DNA from: Octopus vulgaris
Taxonomy: Eukaryota
Direction: 5' to 3'
DNA length: 64,000 bases
Assembly: GCA_951406725.2 (NCBI GenBank)
Contig: OX597828.1
Location: 38,068,001 to 38,132,000 of the forward strand
The notes beneath the pieces are model-generated. The model was not told the DNA's origin and searched no databases. It saw only the letters and a program-made list of their open reading frames with translations. Below, in pieces: positions 1 through 15,341 of the stretch. The translations under genes and the position numbers were made by a program. Position 1 is the stretch's first letter. Every line of letters begins with the position of its first letter.

Positions 1-944
1 CCGAAGTTCTTTTTGGTGTGTTCTTACATGTGCGTGCGTGTGTGTTTGTGTGTGTGTGTGTGTCTATGTGTGTATGTCGGTGTTTACGTATGCGTGTCTT
101 TGTGCTTGCGTTTGTCCCTTACCATCACAGGACGACCGGTGCTGGTTTGTCTATGTACACGAATCTTAGCGTTTAGGCGAAAAGACTCCGATAGAAAGAA
201 TAAGCACCTGACCTAAATAAAAAAGCACTGGCGCCGATTTACTCGATTAAGGCCTTTTTGAATGTAGTGCACCAGCATGGCCGTAGTCCAATGACAGAAA
301 AAAGTCAAAGATAAAATTTGAAAAGATAATCTCCATTGAATGAAGATATTGAACACACTGTATTTTATATATCAGGCCTTATCTTATATGACTATGACAG
401 TGAAATGCAACCCCTGATTAGCTTTGATCCAGCTGACCGTTCATCGAAGGCATCAAGCTTCAGCAAATTGTAGGTTATGTTTTGAGGGAGACGTGGCGCC
501 TATATCTTGCATTTTGAGCGACATCGTAGTGGCGTCCTCGTTTATACACGTACGCAATATGATCTATAATAGAGCCTTGTATATATACATATCTTGCATA
601 ACTCAAATGGTTGTTCTAAACGTTAGCATGGAGGATGAAATGTTTCAAATGTTTCTAGGTTCCCTACCATTGATAGATTTCTGCATAACTTAAAGTTAAC
701 CAAATGATTTATTTAATTTTTTTTTTGCATTTCAAAACACGCACTTCCCTTGCACTCAGTTTTTACTCGAAGTACCACACACACACACACACACACAAAC
801 ACATGCGCACAAGCACGTTTCTCTTTGAATGAACCAATGAGTGCATTCTGGGCGTAAGTATCTATACATACATACAAACATTCATGCATAAATGCATAAA
901 TATGTCTGTATGTGTACTTACATACATACATACACACATACACA

Positions 945-1476
945 AAATTGACTGAGGGCAACATGCCAGCTACTGGGAAAGACTGAAAGAGATAAAACTC
1001 TTCTACCGAGAACGAAGGCGGGAAAACATGCAGTTTTATGCATCTGGAAAATCTTGGAAGGCCTTGTACCAAACTTTGGCATTGAATGTTACACAAACAG
1101 CAGAACGGGGCGCCATTGCATAGGGGCAAAGATCCCAGCATCACCATCAAAATACAGGACCAGATACTTCAACAGTTTGTGTTTTTCAAGGGCCCACAGA
1201 TCTTCAATATCCTTTCAAAATGCCTGAGAGACCTGCATGGTTTGAATGTAGGTGTCTTCAAAACAAAACTGGATCGCCTGTCAAAGGTTCCAGATGAGCC
1301 TACCTCACAGCAAGAAGCACAGATAAGGGCAGCGGTTTATAAAACTCCCTCATTCACCAAATGCCACATATCAGAGGAGGTTTGAAATAAAGGTGTAGAA
1401 AAACCAACGGTGGGGTCCCAGCATGACCGCAGCTTTAAAGGTGAAACACACCAAAGAATAAAAGAATAAAAGAATA
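945..1476 (+). mobile_element. 3' end of CR1/L2-group LINE (degenerate ORF2 C-terminus, 3'UTR, (AAAGAAT)n-like tail)
   Basis: Translates YWERLKEIKL...IWKILEGLVPN...KGPQIFNILSKCLRDL...FKTKLDRLSKVPDEP, followed by an AAAGAATAAAAGAATA tail. Confidence 0.75.
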
Positions 1477-1889
1477 TGCATACAAAATATATTCTGAAAT
1501 ACACATCGCCAGGTGTATGTATAAAATATTAAAATATATTTCATTAAAAATATTCATGAAATTATAAATATTCATGTATTCCGTTAGAACAGCTTATGAT
1601 TCCTTATACACATGACTATATTCTCTCTATATACACCATACAACAACGCGTGACTAAGCGCGTTTGACGATGTATATTCATATATATAAACATATGTGTT
1701 GGTGTTTGTGTGTGTGGGTGCATGCATTTAGGTGTGTGTGTATGTGTGAGTATCTATGTACAAGCGAGCGTATTCTTATATGTAACTAGGTGTGTACGTG
1801 TGTGAGTGAGTGTGTGTCTACGTATCTACACATCTACTTATTTATACGCGCATATAACACATACACAAACACACACAGACACACTCATA

Positions 1890-1953
1890 TGTACAGATAC
1901 ATATATATATATATGTATATATATGCATAAATATATGTATACATATGCATGTG

Positions 1954-2035
<82 letters not shown>

Positions 2036-2145
2036 CACATACATATATATATATACACAACACACACACACAGAAAGAGAAGACAGAGGGAGTTATAAGT
2101 AAAAACACGGATTCAAATATATGTATATATATATGTATATGTACA

Positions 2146-2222
<77 letters not shown>

Positions 2223-2336
2223 ATATGTATATATACAGATATATATATAAACATATATATATATATATACATATATAGAGAGAAGGGGAGGGAAGAGTGA
2301 GGGAGCGATAAGTAGAAACACAGATACAAATGTATG

Positions 2337-2389
<53 letters not shown>

Positions 2390-2469
2390 TTATATATACA
2401 TATATATATACATATGTTTGTGCGTGTGTATATATGTATATATATATATATATACATACATATATATAC

Positions 2470-2523
<54 letters not shown>

Positions 2524-2528
2524 GTATG

Positions 2529-2574
<46 letters not shown>

Positions 2575-3176
2575 TACATGTATGTATGTATGTAGGCATG
2601 TTTGTATTCGGTTTTTGAAAAGAAAAATTCGCACAGAATTTTAGAAGAGAAATAACGAAGTTCATGACATTTAAAATATTTATTTAATTCTTTAAAAATA
2701 CCAAGATATTAGAAATATTCAGTTCGAAAAGTTTTTTTTCTTTTTCCTTCAAAATGTGCCACACGTTACTTCTATAGCACATATATCTAACGAAGATAAA
2801 CATGAGCGTCTATTTGTGAGTGAGTGGGTGCGGGAGTAGGTGTGTGAGTGGGTGTGTGGGCATGTGCGCATGCGTGTGCGTGTGTGCTTGTGAGTGTATA
2901 TATGCACACACACACACACTCACACACACACACACACACATATATATATGTATATGTACATGTAGAGGTAGATACGTACATATATGTTTATATATATGCA
3001 TATGTTTTATTTTATTTATTAATATATATATATATATATATGTATATACACCGCGACATATTCAAAAAATATACTATATGTGCTTGTTTATGTGACATTA
3101 TATGTGAGTTCTATGCCTAACATACCTACATATATACATAAACACACACGCACTCACACACACATACACACACATA

Positions 3177-3230
<54 letters not shown>

Positions 3231-3240
3231 TATCTATATC

Positions 3241-3297
<57 letters not shown>

Positions 3298-3352
3298 TTA
3301 TGGAGAGAAAACCGAAGAGTAATCACACACTCACACACACATACACACACAC

Positions 3353-3430
<78 letters not shown>

Positions 3431-3435
3431 ATATA
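1890..3435. repeat. (TA)n/(CA)n microsatellite field (representative of many)
   Basis: Dinucleotide runs; similar fields at 8390-9120, 20600-20960, 21520-21770, 26300-27230, 48480-50660, 59890-60400, 61310-61530, 63190-63770. Confidence 0.97.
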
Positions 3436-3675
3436 TCGTTGTGGAGAGAAAAAGGAGGAGTAATCATAGCGACTGTCGATGAAGTGTCTTTCCAACTGTT
3501 GTTTACTCCTATGTTGGGTTCGCATCCCATCTAATCTTCTCATCTTACCACCATTAGTCAGTTAATAATTAAATGTTTCTTTGATAAACGTCAGCGAGTA
3601 AGTCGGTGTAAAATAACTTTTGTAAACCTAGTTTAATCTACATACGTTATTCAGTACCGTTAATCATAGTACGTG

Positions 3676-3714
<39 letters not shown>

Positions 3715-3861
3715 GAAGGTGAATGAATTATCCTAGTATGGATAATTCGGTTAACCGATACCTGGGTAGCAAATTTACGTCAGAAAACACGGTTGAAGCT
3801 ATATGCAAGGGCAGGGATCCCGTGTTCTCGTGTGTAAATTTGTGTCTTTTTTTACTATATA

Positions 3862-3897
<36 letters not shown>

Positions 3898-4055
3898 CAT
3901 GCATATATATATATATATATATTGATGGAAATGGTAAGACAACAAAAGAATGAAAGTGACCTCGATATTATGTAAATAGACGAATTTATCTGTAAAAATA
4001 ATATGTGACAATTATTCGGTATCCATGATAAAACTCCAAGTTTATCCGAAGCAAG

Positions 4056-4097
<42 letters not shown>

Positions 4098-4104
<7 letters not shown>

Positions 4105-5178
4105 GAAGCCATGTAGGGACCAAACACGAGACTCAAGAAACGGGAAGGAATCAGTTGCTCTCTGCAGCCTGAAAGATATTTCATCATCCAATGAGCCGGA
4201 ACAGCTGAATGTGCTGCCCAGGTAGACAAACTTTTCCACCACTTTCAGTATTGTTGCTTCAACCAAGATAACTGGTTTCACTTATGGATTTCCTGGTGTA
4301 GGCTGGACCATTACAACAGTCTTGGCCAAGCTAATGCTGAGTCCAAAAGCTTTGCAAGAAGCAGAGATACGATTCATAAGTATTTGCATGTCAACCACTG
4401 TATGAGTGACCAAGTCACAGCCATCTGCATAAAGGATGTCACGAATGAGAGACTGAAAAACTTTTGAATTGGCAGCAAATCGGCGCAGATTAAAAAGGCG
4501 CCAGAAGATCGATACATGACATATATTCTCAGAGAGCTCTTTTACTCCTGTGAGACATGGACGTTTTACAAACGTCATGTAAAGGTCCTTGAACGCTTCC
4601 ATCAGAGATGTCTGGGAAACATTCCGAATGTTGACTGGACCTTAAAAACTACAGACACACAGGTCATGAGGAAAGCCGGTACCTTGAGTATAGAGGCGAT
4701 GGTACACAAGTACCGGTTACGTTGGACTAGACCCCTTATGAGAATGAAGGATAGCAGGATCCCTAAACAGATGCTATATGGAGAACTTGCTAGTGGAAAG
4801 TGACCCCAGTAGAAACCAAGGCTGCGATTTAAGGACTGTGTCAGGTCCTCTTTAACGGCCTGTGATATACAGGAGACCGTCTGAGAGAGCAATGCCTGTC
4901 ATCGCCACAGATGGAGGAAGCAGGTTAAGGAAGGGATCGTCACCATTGAAAGAGCACGTATTCTTCATGAGGAATTTAAGTGTGCTCCTCAAAGGCGCAC
5001 TACTACTGTAGTGAATGAAGAAAGCTTGGTTTGCAATGTTTGCAGTCGTGTATGCTAGACAAGAGCAGGGCTCATTAGCCACCAACGGAGCCGCAAATGC
5101 AAAATATAAGTTAGTCCTAGAGCGCACAATGTTCCTAAAGGTCAGCAATGGTCTTTCTCGGTTACGTGTGGACGGCCA
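4098..5178. mobile_element. RTE-clade LINE fragment with inverted 5' segment
   Basis: Minus 4098-~4510: LFNLRR...LYADG...FGLSISLAKT...FVYLGS...RVW. Plus ~4516-5100: LFYSCETWT...LERFHQRCL...RLRW...RIPKQMLYGEL...CNVCSRVC...GLISH. (TA)n tracts on both sides. Confidence 0.88.
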
Positions 5179-5180
5179 TC

Positions 5181-5231
<51 letters not shown>

Positions 5232-5799
5232 TATGTGTGTGTATGTGTATACACACACACAAACATATATATGTGTACATGTGAGCATATTTCTATGTGT
5301 GTGCATGTACATATGTACGTGCGCAATTAAAAGAGATGTATGGATAAAGAAGTGGTAAACACAGGGATTTATATATATATATAATATATATATACAAAGA
5401 GAAAGAGAGGGAGAGAGAGAGAGTATAGAAGAGTTATATCACATCCATGATTGAACGATTCATTAATTGATCCAACACCCAGTTACAATGCGGTTACCCT
5501 ATTAACTCTAAAATTGGTTTAGATACCGGTTATCCACAACGGTACTCAAGATTAGAAAGAGACGCCGGTCCTGGTATCATCAATCGTTGGATAATTCTGT
5601 GTTCCTATTAAGATTTACACACATTCCGTAGATTATTTAATAACGCTGTTAATGAAGTGACAACTGGAGATTTTATTCACATCCAGAAACCCCTTTATTT
5701 AAAAGTCTTTTTACAGCATCAGCATCTGACCTACGTATATTTCGGCTACAGTAACGCCTCCTCGTTATCCACGTTATATATACATATATGTGACTTGCT

Positions 5800-6530
5800 T
5801 CCTGACACTGAACTTCCTGACACTCAACTTGGCTTCCGTTCGGGAAGAAGCTGTCATACACAGCTTCTGCAGCGTTGTGACTGGGTCGTTCAATCGTGGA
5901 TGCGATATATCTCGATTTTGCAAAGACCCTTGATAAGGTTGATCATATAATGATATGTCACAAGCTACGGAGACTGTGCACGGTCGGAAAACTGGAAGAG
6001 CGATTACCTGACAGAAGTCAGGCTGTAGCGGCCAATGAGGCCCTCTCCACAATAACAGGGACTGGAGTGCTTCGAGGAACTGTGTTGGGGGTGCTGTTGT
6101 TTATGATGGTTCTTTCAGACATGCCATCAGTTCTTTCAGACATGCCATGTCTTTCAGACATGCCAACAGACAGGTACGCTTACTAGCTAAGCCGACAACA
6201 GATAGGTAGTAGGAGCACTCAAGGAAAGCTTTCGATGCTAATCTTCTACGGAAAAACCTACGTGTCATATATAAATGGGTTGAAGAAAAGAACGTAATTT
6301 AATGTAGGAAAAGTCCAATCCCTCCGTTATCAGCTACAGTGCCGCAGCAACGATACTTTGGGCGAAAAGGATTGGCGATCTTAGAGTCAATTACAGTGCG
6401 TAACCTCGGGATTGGTATGAGCGGCAACGCGCTTTTCCACGCACATACCACCGAGATAGTGGCATCCAGGCGAATGGCTGAAAGGAGAACTTAGAGAGTC
6501 AAGTGACCGGGGAACTATGCTGTTTCGTGT
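5800..6530 (+). mobile_element. Degenerate CR1-like LINE reverse transcriptase fragment
   Basis: QLGFRSGRSCHTQLL, DAIYLDFAKTLDKVDH, GVLRGTVLGVLLF (decayed QGSVLGP motif); frameshifts and stops. 3' boundary approximate. Confidence 0.8.
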
Positions 6531-6665
6531 ATGTGTGATTCTTTAAATTTGGAGGTTGGAAGTTTCCATCCACAAAATGAAGTACTAGTCGAATACACAA
6601 CTGGTACTCTCTTTTAACGTTTATTTTATCATAAAACTGCAGGCTTTAGGCCTAAGTTAAAAGCA

Positions 6666-7330
6666 ATTGTTATTCTCATTATTCTATTATTATTTTCTCC
6701 TTATCACAAATTTAGTTGCTTGCTAGCTGCAGCCTGAGATACCATGCTATCCCTTCTTTTCAGCTAATACTTTCCTGATTATTCTGGCTGTGCAAAGGAG
6801 GCAAACCTTTTGGACCAGTTCTACTGGGCACTCTATTTCAGTTCCTTTTATATGCCTCTTGATGCTTTCTGATACTGTTCCCAATGACCCGACAATAAAT
6901 GGGACTATCTTCACCTTCTTCATTTTCCATAGCCAGGCTAATTCGTACTTAAGAGGGTTGTATTTATCTAGCTTTTCGCCTTCCTTCTTGACTATTCATG
7001 GGTCAAAGAGGCATGCGACGTCAAATATATAGCATATGTGGTGCACCTTCTCCACCACCACTAAGTTCGGTCTGTTAAGCTCTAGCAACTGATCTGTTTG
7101 GATTGGGAAATCCCAGAGGATTTTGCTAGTCACCGACTCTGCCACTCTCTGCTGTCTGTTCTCATACCAAGTCTTTCCTCTCTCTAGCCTCCACGTTACG
7201 TACACTTTCGCTGCATGGTCCTGTCGCCACAACTTGTAGTGTTTGAGATTAGGGCATTCGCTTGTGATATGGGCAATGGTTTCATCCACGCTATTGCAGA
7301 TGCGACACAGCGGAGACACTTGCCCATTCT
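6666..7330 (-). mobile_element. 3' end of R4/Dong-like RLE non-LTR retrotransposon
   Basis: CRICNSVDETIAHITSEC zinc knuckle, KILWDFPIQTD...NRPNLVVV...IFDVAC (restriction-like endonuclease), continuing past a stop as KLDKYNPLKYEL...VPFIVGSLG...LCTARIIRKVL; decayed (AAT)n tail near 6666-6695. Confidence 0.85.
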
Positions 7331-7564
7331 AGGTGATGAGCTGGCAAAATCGTTAGCGACCTGGATGAAATGCTTCGCAGTATTTCGTCCGTCTTCACGT
7401 CCTGAGTTCAAATTCCGCCGATGTCGACTTTTACCTTTCATCTTTTCATGGTCGATAAATTAAGCACCATTTGAGTATTGGGGCCAATGTAATGGACCCT
7501 CACCCAAATTTCAGGTTTTCTGCCTATAACAGAAAGGATTATTATTATTATTATTATTATTATT

Positions 7565-8117
7565 GAGTGAGAGAGCAGTTCATGCCATCAAAGTGACACT
7601 GGGGTAAAATATACGAAGCCCAATATACCCATCATGACTACCCGTCTGATAAAGGTACACCAGGCACATGCATCACAACCATATGTGCGCGACATGGTGA
7701 TCTCATATCAAGATAAACAGCACATGACCTTGCAGGTGGGGCCCAGTTAGAATTTTCTTCAGGTTGAGTAGCCCATCCTGCTCAAACGGTCCCTGAATAA
7801 GGGTTGTTTAAGGATGTTGAAAGAACCACCCATGTTTCCAGAGGTGAACTATTCAAACCCCAAAGAATCCCTCTCAACACATGGCTATGATGCTCCCCCA
7901 CTACTTCTGCTCGTGATCAGAGATGCACATATCGTCAGCCACTAAGGGACATGCTCAACTGGTTAAGGTCAAACAACTGACAAGCAAATCTGTGGTATTG
8001 AGCAGAATATTTGCTGTAGCCCATCTTTTATACCAAGACAAAACAATGTACATGATAACACTTCCAATCAGTTAAGATCAGAAGCCATGAGAGCCACTGC
8101 CTGGTACTGCATCAGAG

Positions 8118-8118
<1 letters not shown>
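7565..8118. mobile_element. ~555-bp non-coding interspersed element inside (ATT)n, copy 1
   Basis: GAGTGAGAGAGCAG...CTGGTACTGCATCAGAGC, highly similar to 30078-30630 and 32028-32576; (ATT)n on both sides. Confidence 0.9.
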
Positions 8119-8201
<83 letters not shown>

Positions 8202-8388
8202 CATTATTATTATTATTATTATGATTATTATTATTATTATGATGATGATTGTTATTATTATTATAAATTCAGTTATAGATATGTAATGTGTGTTCATACA
8301 TGTATAAAAACAGGTTTTCAAGTATAACGCTTGTATTATTTCACCCATATGCATACATGTTTATACATAAATATTTTTAATGTGTTTG

Positions 8389-8447
<59 letters not shown>

Positions 8448-8451
8448 CATA

Positions 8452-8489
<38 letters not shown>

Positions 8490-8692
8490 TATATATATAT
8501 ATGTATGTGTGTATATATATGTATATATATACATATATATGTATGTGTGTATATATGTGTATACATATATATATATATACATATACACACACATATATAT
8601 ATATATATAGTTATGTATATATATATATATATATACATATAGCCATACACACATACATATAAAGTTATGGATATTATATATATATATTATAT

Positions 8693-8727
<35 letters not shown>

Positions 8728-8732
8728 ATATA

Positions 8733-8811
<79 letters not shown>

Positions 8812-8884
8812 GTACATACATATATATATCCATAACTTTATATGTATGTGTGTATGGCTATATGTATATATATATATGCATGTA

Positions 8885-9011
<127 letters not shown>

Positions 9012-9084
9012 GAGTTCTGAGTGTATGCATATTTATCATACAGTGTGAATGTGCCTTCAGGATTGAGTATTTATTAAGTATATG

Positions 9085-9123
<39 letters not shown>

Positions 9124-9720
9124 TTTATATAAGCATATATAAGTATATATATTCACATACTCATTCAAACGTATGCATGCATACGTGCACAATTACATAT
9201 CAGGTGATACAAAAGAAAAAAACTATAACCCTGAGGCAAAATATCTAGATTTGTGTCGTCACGTGGTATACTTTTTGTGAATTGCATTGTTTAACCTTGC
9301 AGCAGCATCTTAGCAGGATTTAGTGATTCATCTATATATAGGATAAGAATAATTTGTATGAAATGGAATTATATTAAATTCATAATTTGCATCGAAACGG
9401 GAACAGCTTTAGCGACATCAGATATTTAAAATAGAAATAATGTGATAAATATTTTATATATAATATTAATAATATACATGGTTTCCCTAGTGATCGCAAA
9501 TGTTTCGAGGAAGATAATAAATAAACTTCTTCATAATAAGAGATGTACGATAAAAAATTTGAATTTGAAATTAATGAATTATAAAAGAAAAAGATTCATA
9601 AAACTCACATGCCCCCCCCCACACACACACACATGGAAGTATGTATAGGCATTTCTATGTGTATGTCCATGTATATGTATATATAACAATATATGTATAT
9701 GATTATTATTTATACATATA

Positions 9721-10120
9721 CAGGCGTGGGAGTGGCTGTGTGGTAAGTAGCTTGCTTACGAACCACATGGTTTCAGGTTCAGTCCTACTGCATGGCACCT
9801 TGGGCAAGTGTCTTCTACTATAGCCTCGGGCCGACCACGGCCTTTTGTGTGGATTTAGTAGACGGAAACTGAAAGAAGCCCGTCGTATATATGTATATAT
9901 ATATGTATGTATGTGCATATGTTTATGTGTCTGTGTTTGTCGCCCCACCAACTGATGCTGTTGTGCTTACGTCCCCGTAACTTAGCGGTTCGGCAAAAAA
10001 GACCGATAGAATAAGTACTAGGCTTACAAAGAATAAGTCCTGGGGTAGGCTTGCTCGACTAAAGGCGGTGCTCCAGCATGACCACAGTCAAATGATTGAA
10101 ACAAGTAAAAGAGTAAAGAG
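9721..10120 (+). mobile_element. tRNA-derived SINE family A (internal microsatellite, LINE-like tail)
   Basis: A-box TGGCTGTGTGG, B-box GGTTCAGTCC, body CTTGGGCAAGTGTCTTC, tail GGCGGTGCTCCAGCATG. Partial copies at ~90-315, 10260-10460, 12090-12240, 22850-23255, 60040-60260 (+) and 12390-12530, 38830-39030, 40820-40920, 41830-41960 (-). Confidence 0.85.
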
Positions 10121-10589
10121 TATAGGCGCAGGAGTAGCTGTGTGTGCATGGGTGGGCGTCCGTGTGTGTATATGTATGCATGTATATATGTATGTGTGTA
10201 TGTATGTATGTTTGTATGTATGTATGTATGTATGCATGTATGTGCGCGTTTCTGTCCGTGTTCGTCCCCCAACACCACTTGGCAGACAGTGATGGTTTGT
10301 TTATATCCTCATGCATGAGCGGTTCGGCAAAAGAAAGGCACCCTTGGAATAAGTATCACGCTTTAAAATAAGTAAAAAGATTCATTTTGGTTTTCGACTG
10401 AATCCGTCAGGGTAGTACCCCAGCATGGCCGCAGTCTAACGACTAACACAAGTAACAGAAAAATATGAAATAATACTCTTCCCTCGTTCGGTACGTCACT
10501 ACCACCCCAGAAAGAAAAACATAGGGATGCTGAAATAAGTGGGATCTGAACCCAGATTGTATAGAACTGAAGCAAATATTGATTTCAAA

Positions 10590-11585
10590 TTTTGTCACGA
10601 GGCGAATTTCAACTGGTGCATATTTTATCGACCCCGAAAGGATGAAAGCTAAATCAACTTCGGCAGAATTGGAACTCAGTGCGTAGACTGACGAAATGTC
10701 TCTCACCATTTTACCTGGCGTGCTAACGATTCTTGTCTACTCTGGGTACCAGGCCCGAAACTTTTGGGAAGGGGGCTAGTCGATTAGATCGACACCAGTA
10801 CGCAACTGATACTTAATTTATCGACCCTGAAAGGATGAAAAGCAAAGTCGATCTCGGCAGAATTTCAACTCAGAACGTAAAGACAAACGAAATATCGCTA
10901 AGTATTTCGCCCAGCGTATTAATGTTTCTGCCTGCTCGCCGCCTTAATTATATTTTCTTTCAGCCCTTGGCACCAGTCCCGAAACTTTTGGGAAGGGGAC
11001 CAGTCGATTTCATCGACACCAGTACGCAACTGGTACTTAATTTATCGACCCTGAAAGGATAAAATGCAAAGTCGACCTTGGCGGAATTTGAACTCAGAAC
11101 ATAAAGACAGACGAAATACCTATTTCTTTACTGCCCACAAGGGGCTAAACACAGAGGGGACAAACAAGGACAGACACACGGATTAAGTTGATTATATCGA
11201 CCCCAGTGCGTAAGTGGTACTTATTTAATCGACCCCGAAAGGATGAAAAGCAAAGTCGACCTCGGCAGAATTTGTACTCAGAATGTAACTGCAGACGAAA
11301 TACCACTAAGTATTTCGCTCGGTGTGCTAACGATTCTGCCAGCTCACAGCCTTAAAATAATTATATTTTCTTTTCAACTCTAGGCCCAAGGACCGAAACT
11401 TTTGGGAAGTGGGCTTGTCGATTAGATCGACATCAGTACGCAACTGGTACTTAATTTATCGACCCCCAAAAGAATGAAAGGCAAAATCGACTTCGGTGGA
11501 ATTTGAACTCAGAACGTAAAGACAGACGAAATACCGTTAAGTATTTCGCTCGATGTGCTAACGATTCTGCCAGCTCACCGCCTTA
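10590..11585 (-). mobile_element. Tandem cluster of tRNA-derived SINE family B units
   Basis: Five repeats of ATCGACCCCGAAAGGATGAAAGGCAAAGTCGACCTCGGCGGAATTTGAACTCAGAACG; head GGCGGCGAGCTGGCAGAA on -. Confidence 0.85.
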
Positions 11586-12290
11586 ACAGAAGTAAATTTT
11601 GCCAAGTTTTCTAACCGAGATTTTAGAGATTTTAATAGAACGGCGCCTATAAACGTTGGTCCTATCAAAGTGTCTGACGCTATCTACTTGATCATACTAT
11701 ATAGTAATACAAAATAATGTTTTTATGAGACTTTCATACAATACTGATAGCATATAATTTAATATAATAATATATAATTTATATAATATATAATTCATAA
11801 TTTTATTTAGTCATAGAACAATAAAATATGTAATTTTGTTTAATTATATGATAATATTTTTTATAATTGTATTTGTTAAATAATACGAATATTTTTCACA
11901 GAAAGTTCGTATATTTATTTTTTATCATAATATTAGCGTGTAACAGAAAACAAACTAACTCTCCAGTAGTCAATATATTCTGCAAAATATTCAAATATAT
12001 ATAATAACACAGGAATATCGGAGGACAAATTATGATTAATAATTGATGGGATTTAGATAAGCATGCGATTATATTCCGTTGGTTTGGCTGTGGGGTAAGC
12101 GGTTTGCTTCCCAACCACAAAATTCCACGTTCATTTCCATTGCGTGGCTAATTTTTCCAAGTGTTTTTCTACTACAGCTTCGGACCGACCAAAGCCTTGT
12201 GAATATGCATTTGGGAAACAGAAAGTGAAAGAAGTCTATATATATATATATATATATACATATATGTATATATATATATATATGTATATA

Positions 12291-12335
<45 letters not shown>

Positions 12336-12538
12336 ATATATGTTTTTGCATCTGCGTTATATATGTATGTATATATATATATTATTTTATTCTTTTATTT
12401 GGTTCAGTCATTTGATTGCAGACATGCTGGAGCAAATCGACCCCAGGACTTATTTTTTGTAAGCCTAGTACTTATTCTATTGGTCTCTTTTGCTGAACCG
12501 CTACGTTACGGGAACGTAAACACAGACACACAAACGTA

Positions 12539-12571
<33 letters not shown>

Positions 12572-12606
12572 GCGTGTGTACATATATGCATGTGTGTGTG
12601 TGTGTG

Positions 12607-12651
<45 letters not shown>

Positions 12652-12953
12652 CACACACACAGATAGGTCTGTCTGCAAGTAATTTTATTGCAAGTAATTT
12701 TATTTATCCAACACCAGAAACTAGTAACTTGCGAGAAAAAAAAGAAATATGATAATAATTTAAATAAAAGAAAAAAAAACAAGCATCCGACGTAAAGTAA
12801 CTAAATATCTGAGAGGCAGAAAAAAAAGCCATATTAAATTCAGGTCATTCTTATGTCATCACTCACTTTCATAATCGGAGGCCGACCCATTCTCAGATTT
12901 CCACTGCACTTAGTCTACGTTATATGGCCTTAGCTGAAAAATGTGTCAATATA

Positions 12954-13425
<472 letters not shown>

Positions 13426-13686
13426 TGAAAATGAAATGATAAATAAAATATATATATATATACATATATATATATACAGTCATGTGTGTGTGTGTGTGTG
13501 TGTGTGAGAGTAACGGCTTCCTTTCATCTTTTGTTTGCACATCAGTCATTGCATTTCGGCCAACCTGGGGCACATGTTTTGACCTTATAATGCAAAAGAT
13601 ATATTTAAAAAAAAAAAGACATTTACGGAATATGTATTTAAAACATTTAGGTATGTGTGTATGTGTGTGTGTGTATAGATTGCATA

Positions 13687-13728
<42 letters not shown>

Positions 13729-13859
13729 CTCACGCCACCACGTACAAACACACATACACAAATTCACGCACACAGACATACATTCGCTCACACACATATA
13801 TATTAACGTATGCAATGCATGTAAATACTTGCATGTATAGATACATAACACAAAGCAAA

Positions 13860-13860
13860 C

Positions 13861-13909
<49 letters not shown>

Positions 13910-13917
13910 GGGCGGAC

Positions 13918-13975
<58 letters not shown>

Positions 13976-13976
13976 G

Positions 13977-14060
<84 letters not shown>

Positions 14061-14108
14061 GACAGGCAGACGGACAGATGGATAGATAGACAGACACACA
14101 GACAGATG

Positions 14109-14183
<75 letters not shown>
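13860..14183. repeat. (GATA)n/(GACA)n microsatellite
   Basis: Tetranucleotide run; similar at 15115-15720 and 56791-56957. Confidence 0.97.
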
Positions 14184-15233
14184 CTATATATGCATGCATA
14201 TGTATACACGTTTACTTAATTAAGCCAGTTCCAAATGACACTCTTAGACCGGTTTAAATATACTTCTGCTCTTTGTTTTGTATTGAGTACACATTTGGAT
14301 CGAGGAGAGAAATTTACATATGACATACATACTCCTTGAAATATTTTGTATACATACTAATTTATATTATACATTATTCTATATATATGGCCATATATTA
14401 TCCATTTTATAAGAAACACACACACACATAAAATATATATCACAGACACACACAGACACACACACAGTTATTATATACACTCATATTCTTTATACAATTT
14501 ATATACTTTCTATATAATATATACTGTATACAAAACTAATAATATAATCATATATAATTTATATTGTGAGTTGTATTTTAAATATCTGATGTCGCTAGCG
14601 TTGTTCTGTTTTCAAAGAAATCTTTTTTAAAAAATGAAAGTAAGTCTGCATCACGTGATTTAGCCAAGAGAATTTGTAAATTGCCTATTTAGTTTGTTAT
14701 ATATATTTATATATGTGTGCGTGTGTTTTTGTGAGCATTATTTTTTTCTTTACTTATGTTTAGATATATGCCGTTCTCTTATCTCCACAGCTTAACATAC
14801 AGTTTGAGAGAGAGACATATACGCACACATCCTCGCTTGCTGCTAGAGCGAAAAAATCGATATTTTATGTCGAAATGTGAATGCAGACATGGCTGTATGG
14901 ATAAGATAATTACTTTTATAACCTTGTGCTTCCATATTGCATCATACCCACTGAGTGGTATTTTGGGCAAATGTCCACTTCCGTAGTTTGAGGAAAACAA
15001 AAAAAAAAAAGATCAAAAATAAGAAAAAAAAACAAAACAAAAAAGAAGGAAGCCTTATGAATGAAATAGAATGAAACAGGGTAGAAGGAACATTGAATGA
15101 ATATGCGAGTTTGTAGATAGATATATAGATATATAGATAGATAGATACATACATACATACATACATATATACATACATACATTCATACATACATACATAC
15201 ATACATACATACATACATACATACATACATACA

Positions 15234-15265
<32 letters not shown>

Positions 15266-15292
15266 CATACATACATACATAGAGAGATAGAC

Positions 15293-15341
<49 letters not shown>

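Noticed and set aside
9721-9800. tRNA-like A/B boxes
   Set aside because: SINE heads, not cloverleaf tRNA genes.
10590-11585. Regularly spaced repeats resembling a CRISPR array
   Set aside because: Units are ~150-200-bp SINE bodies with conserved linkers, in a eukaryotic context with no cas genes.
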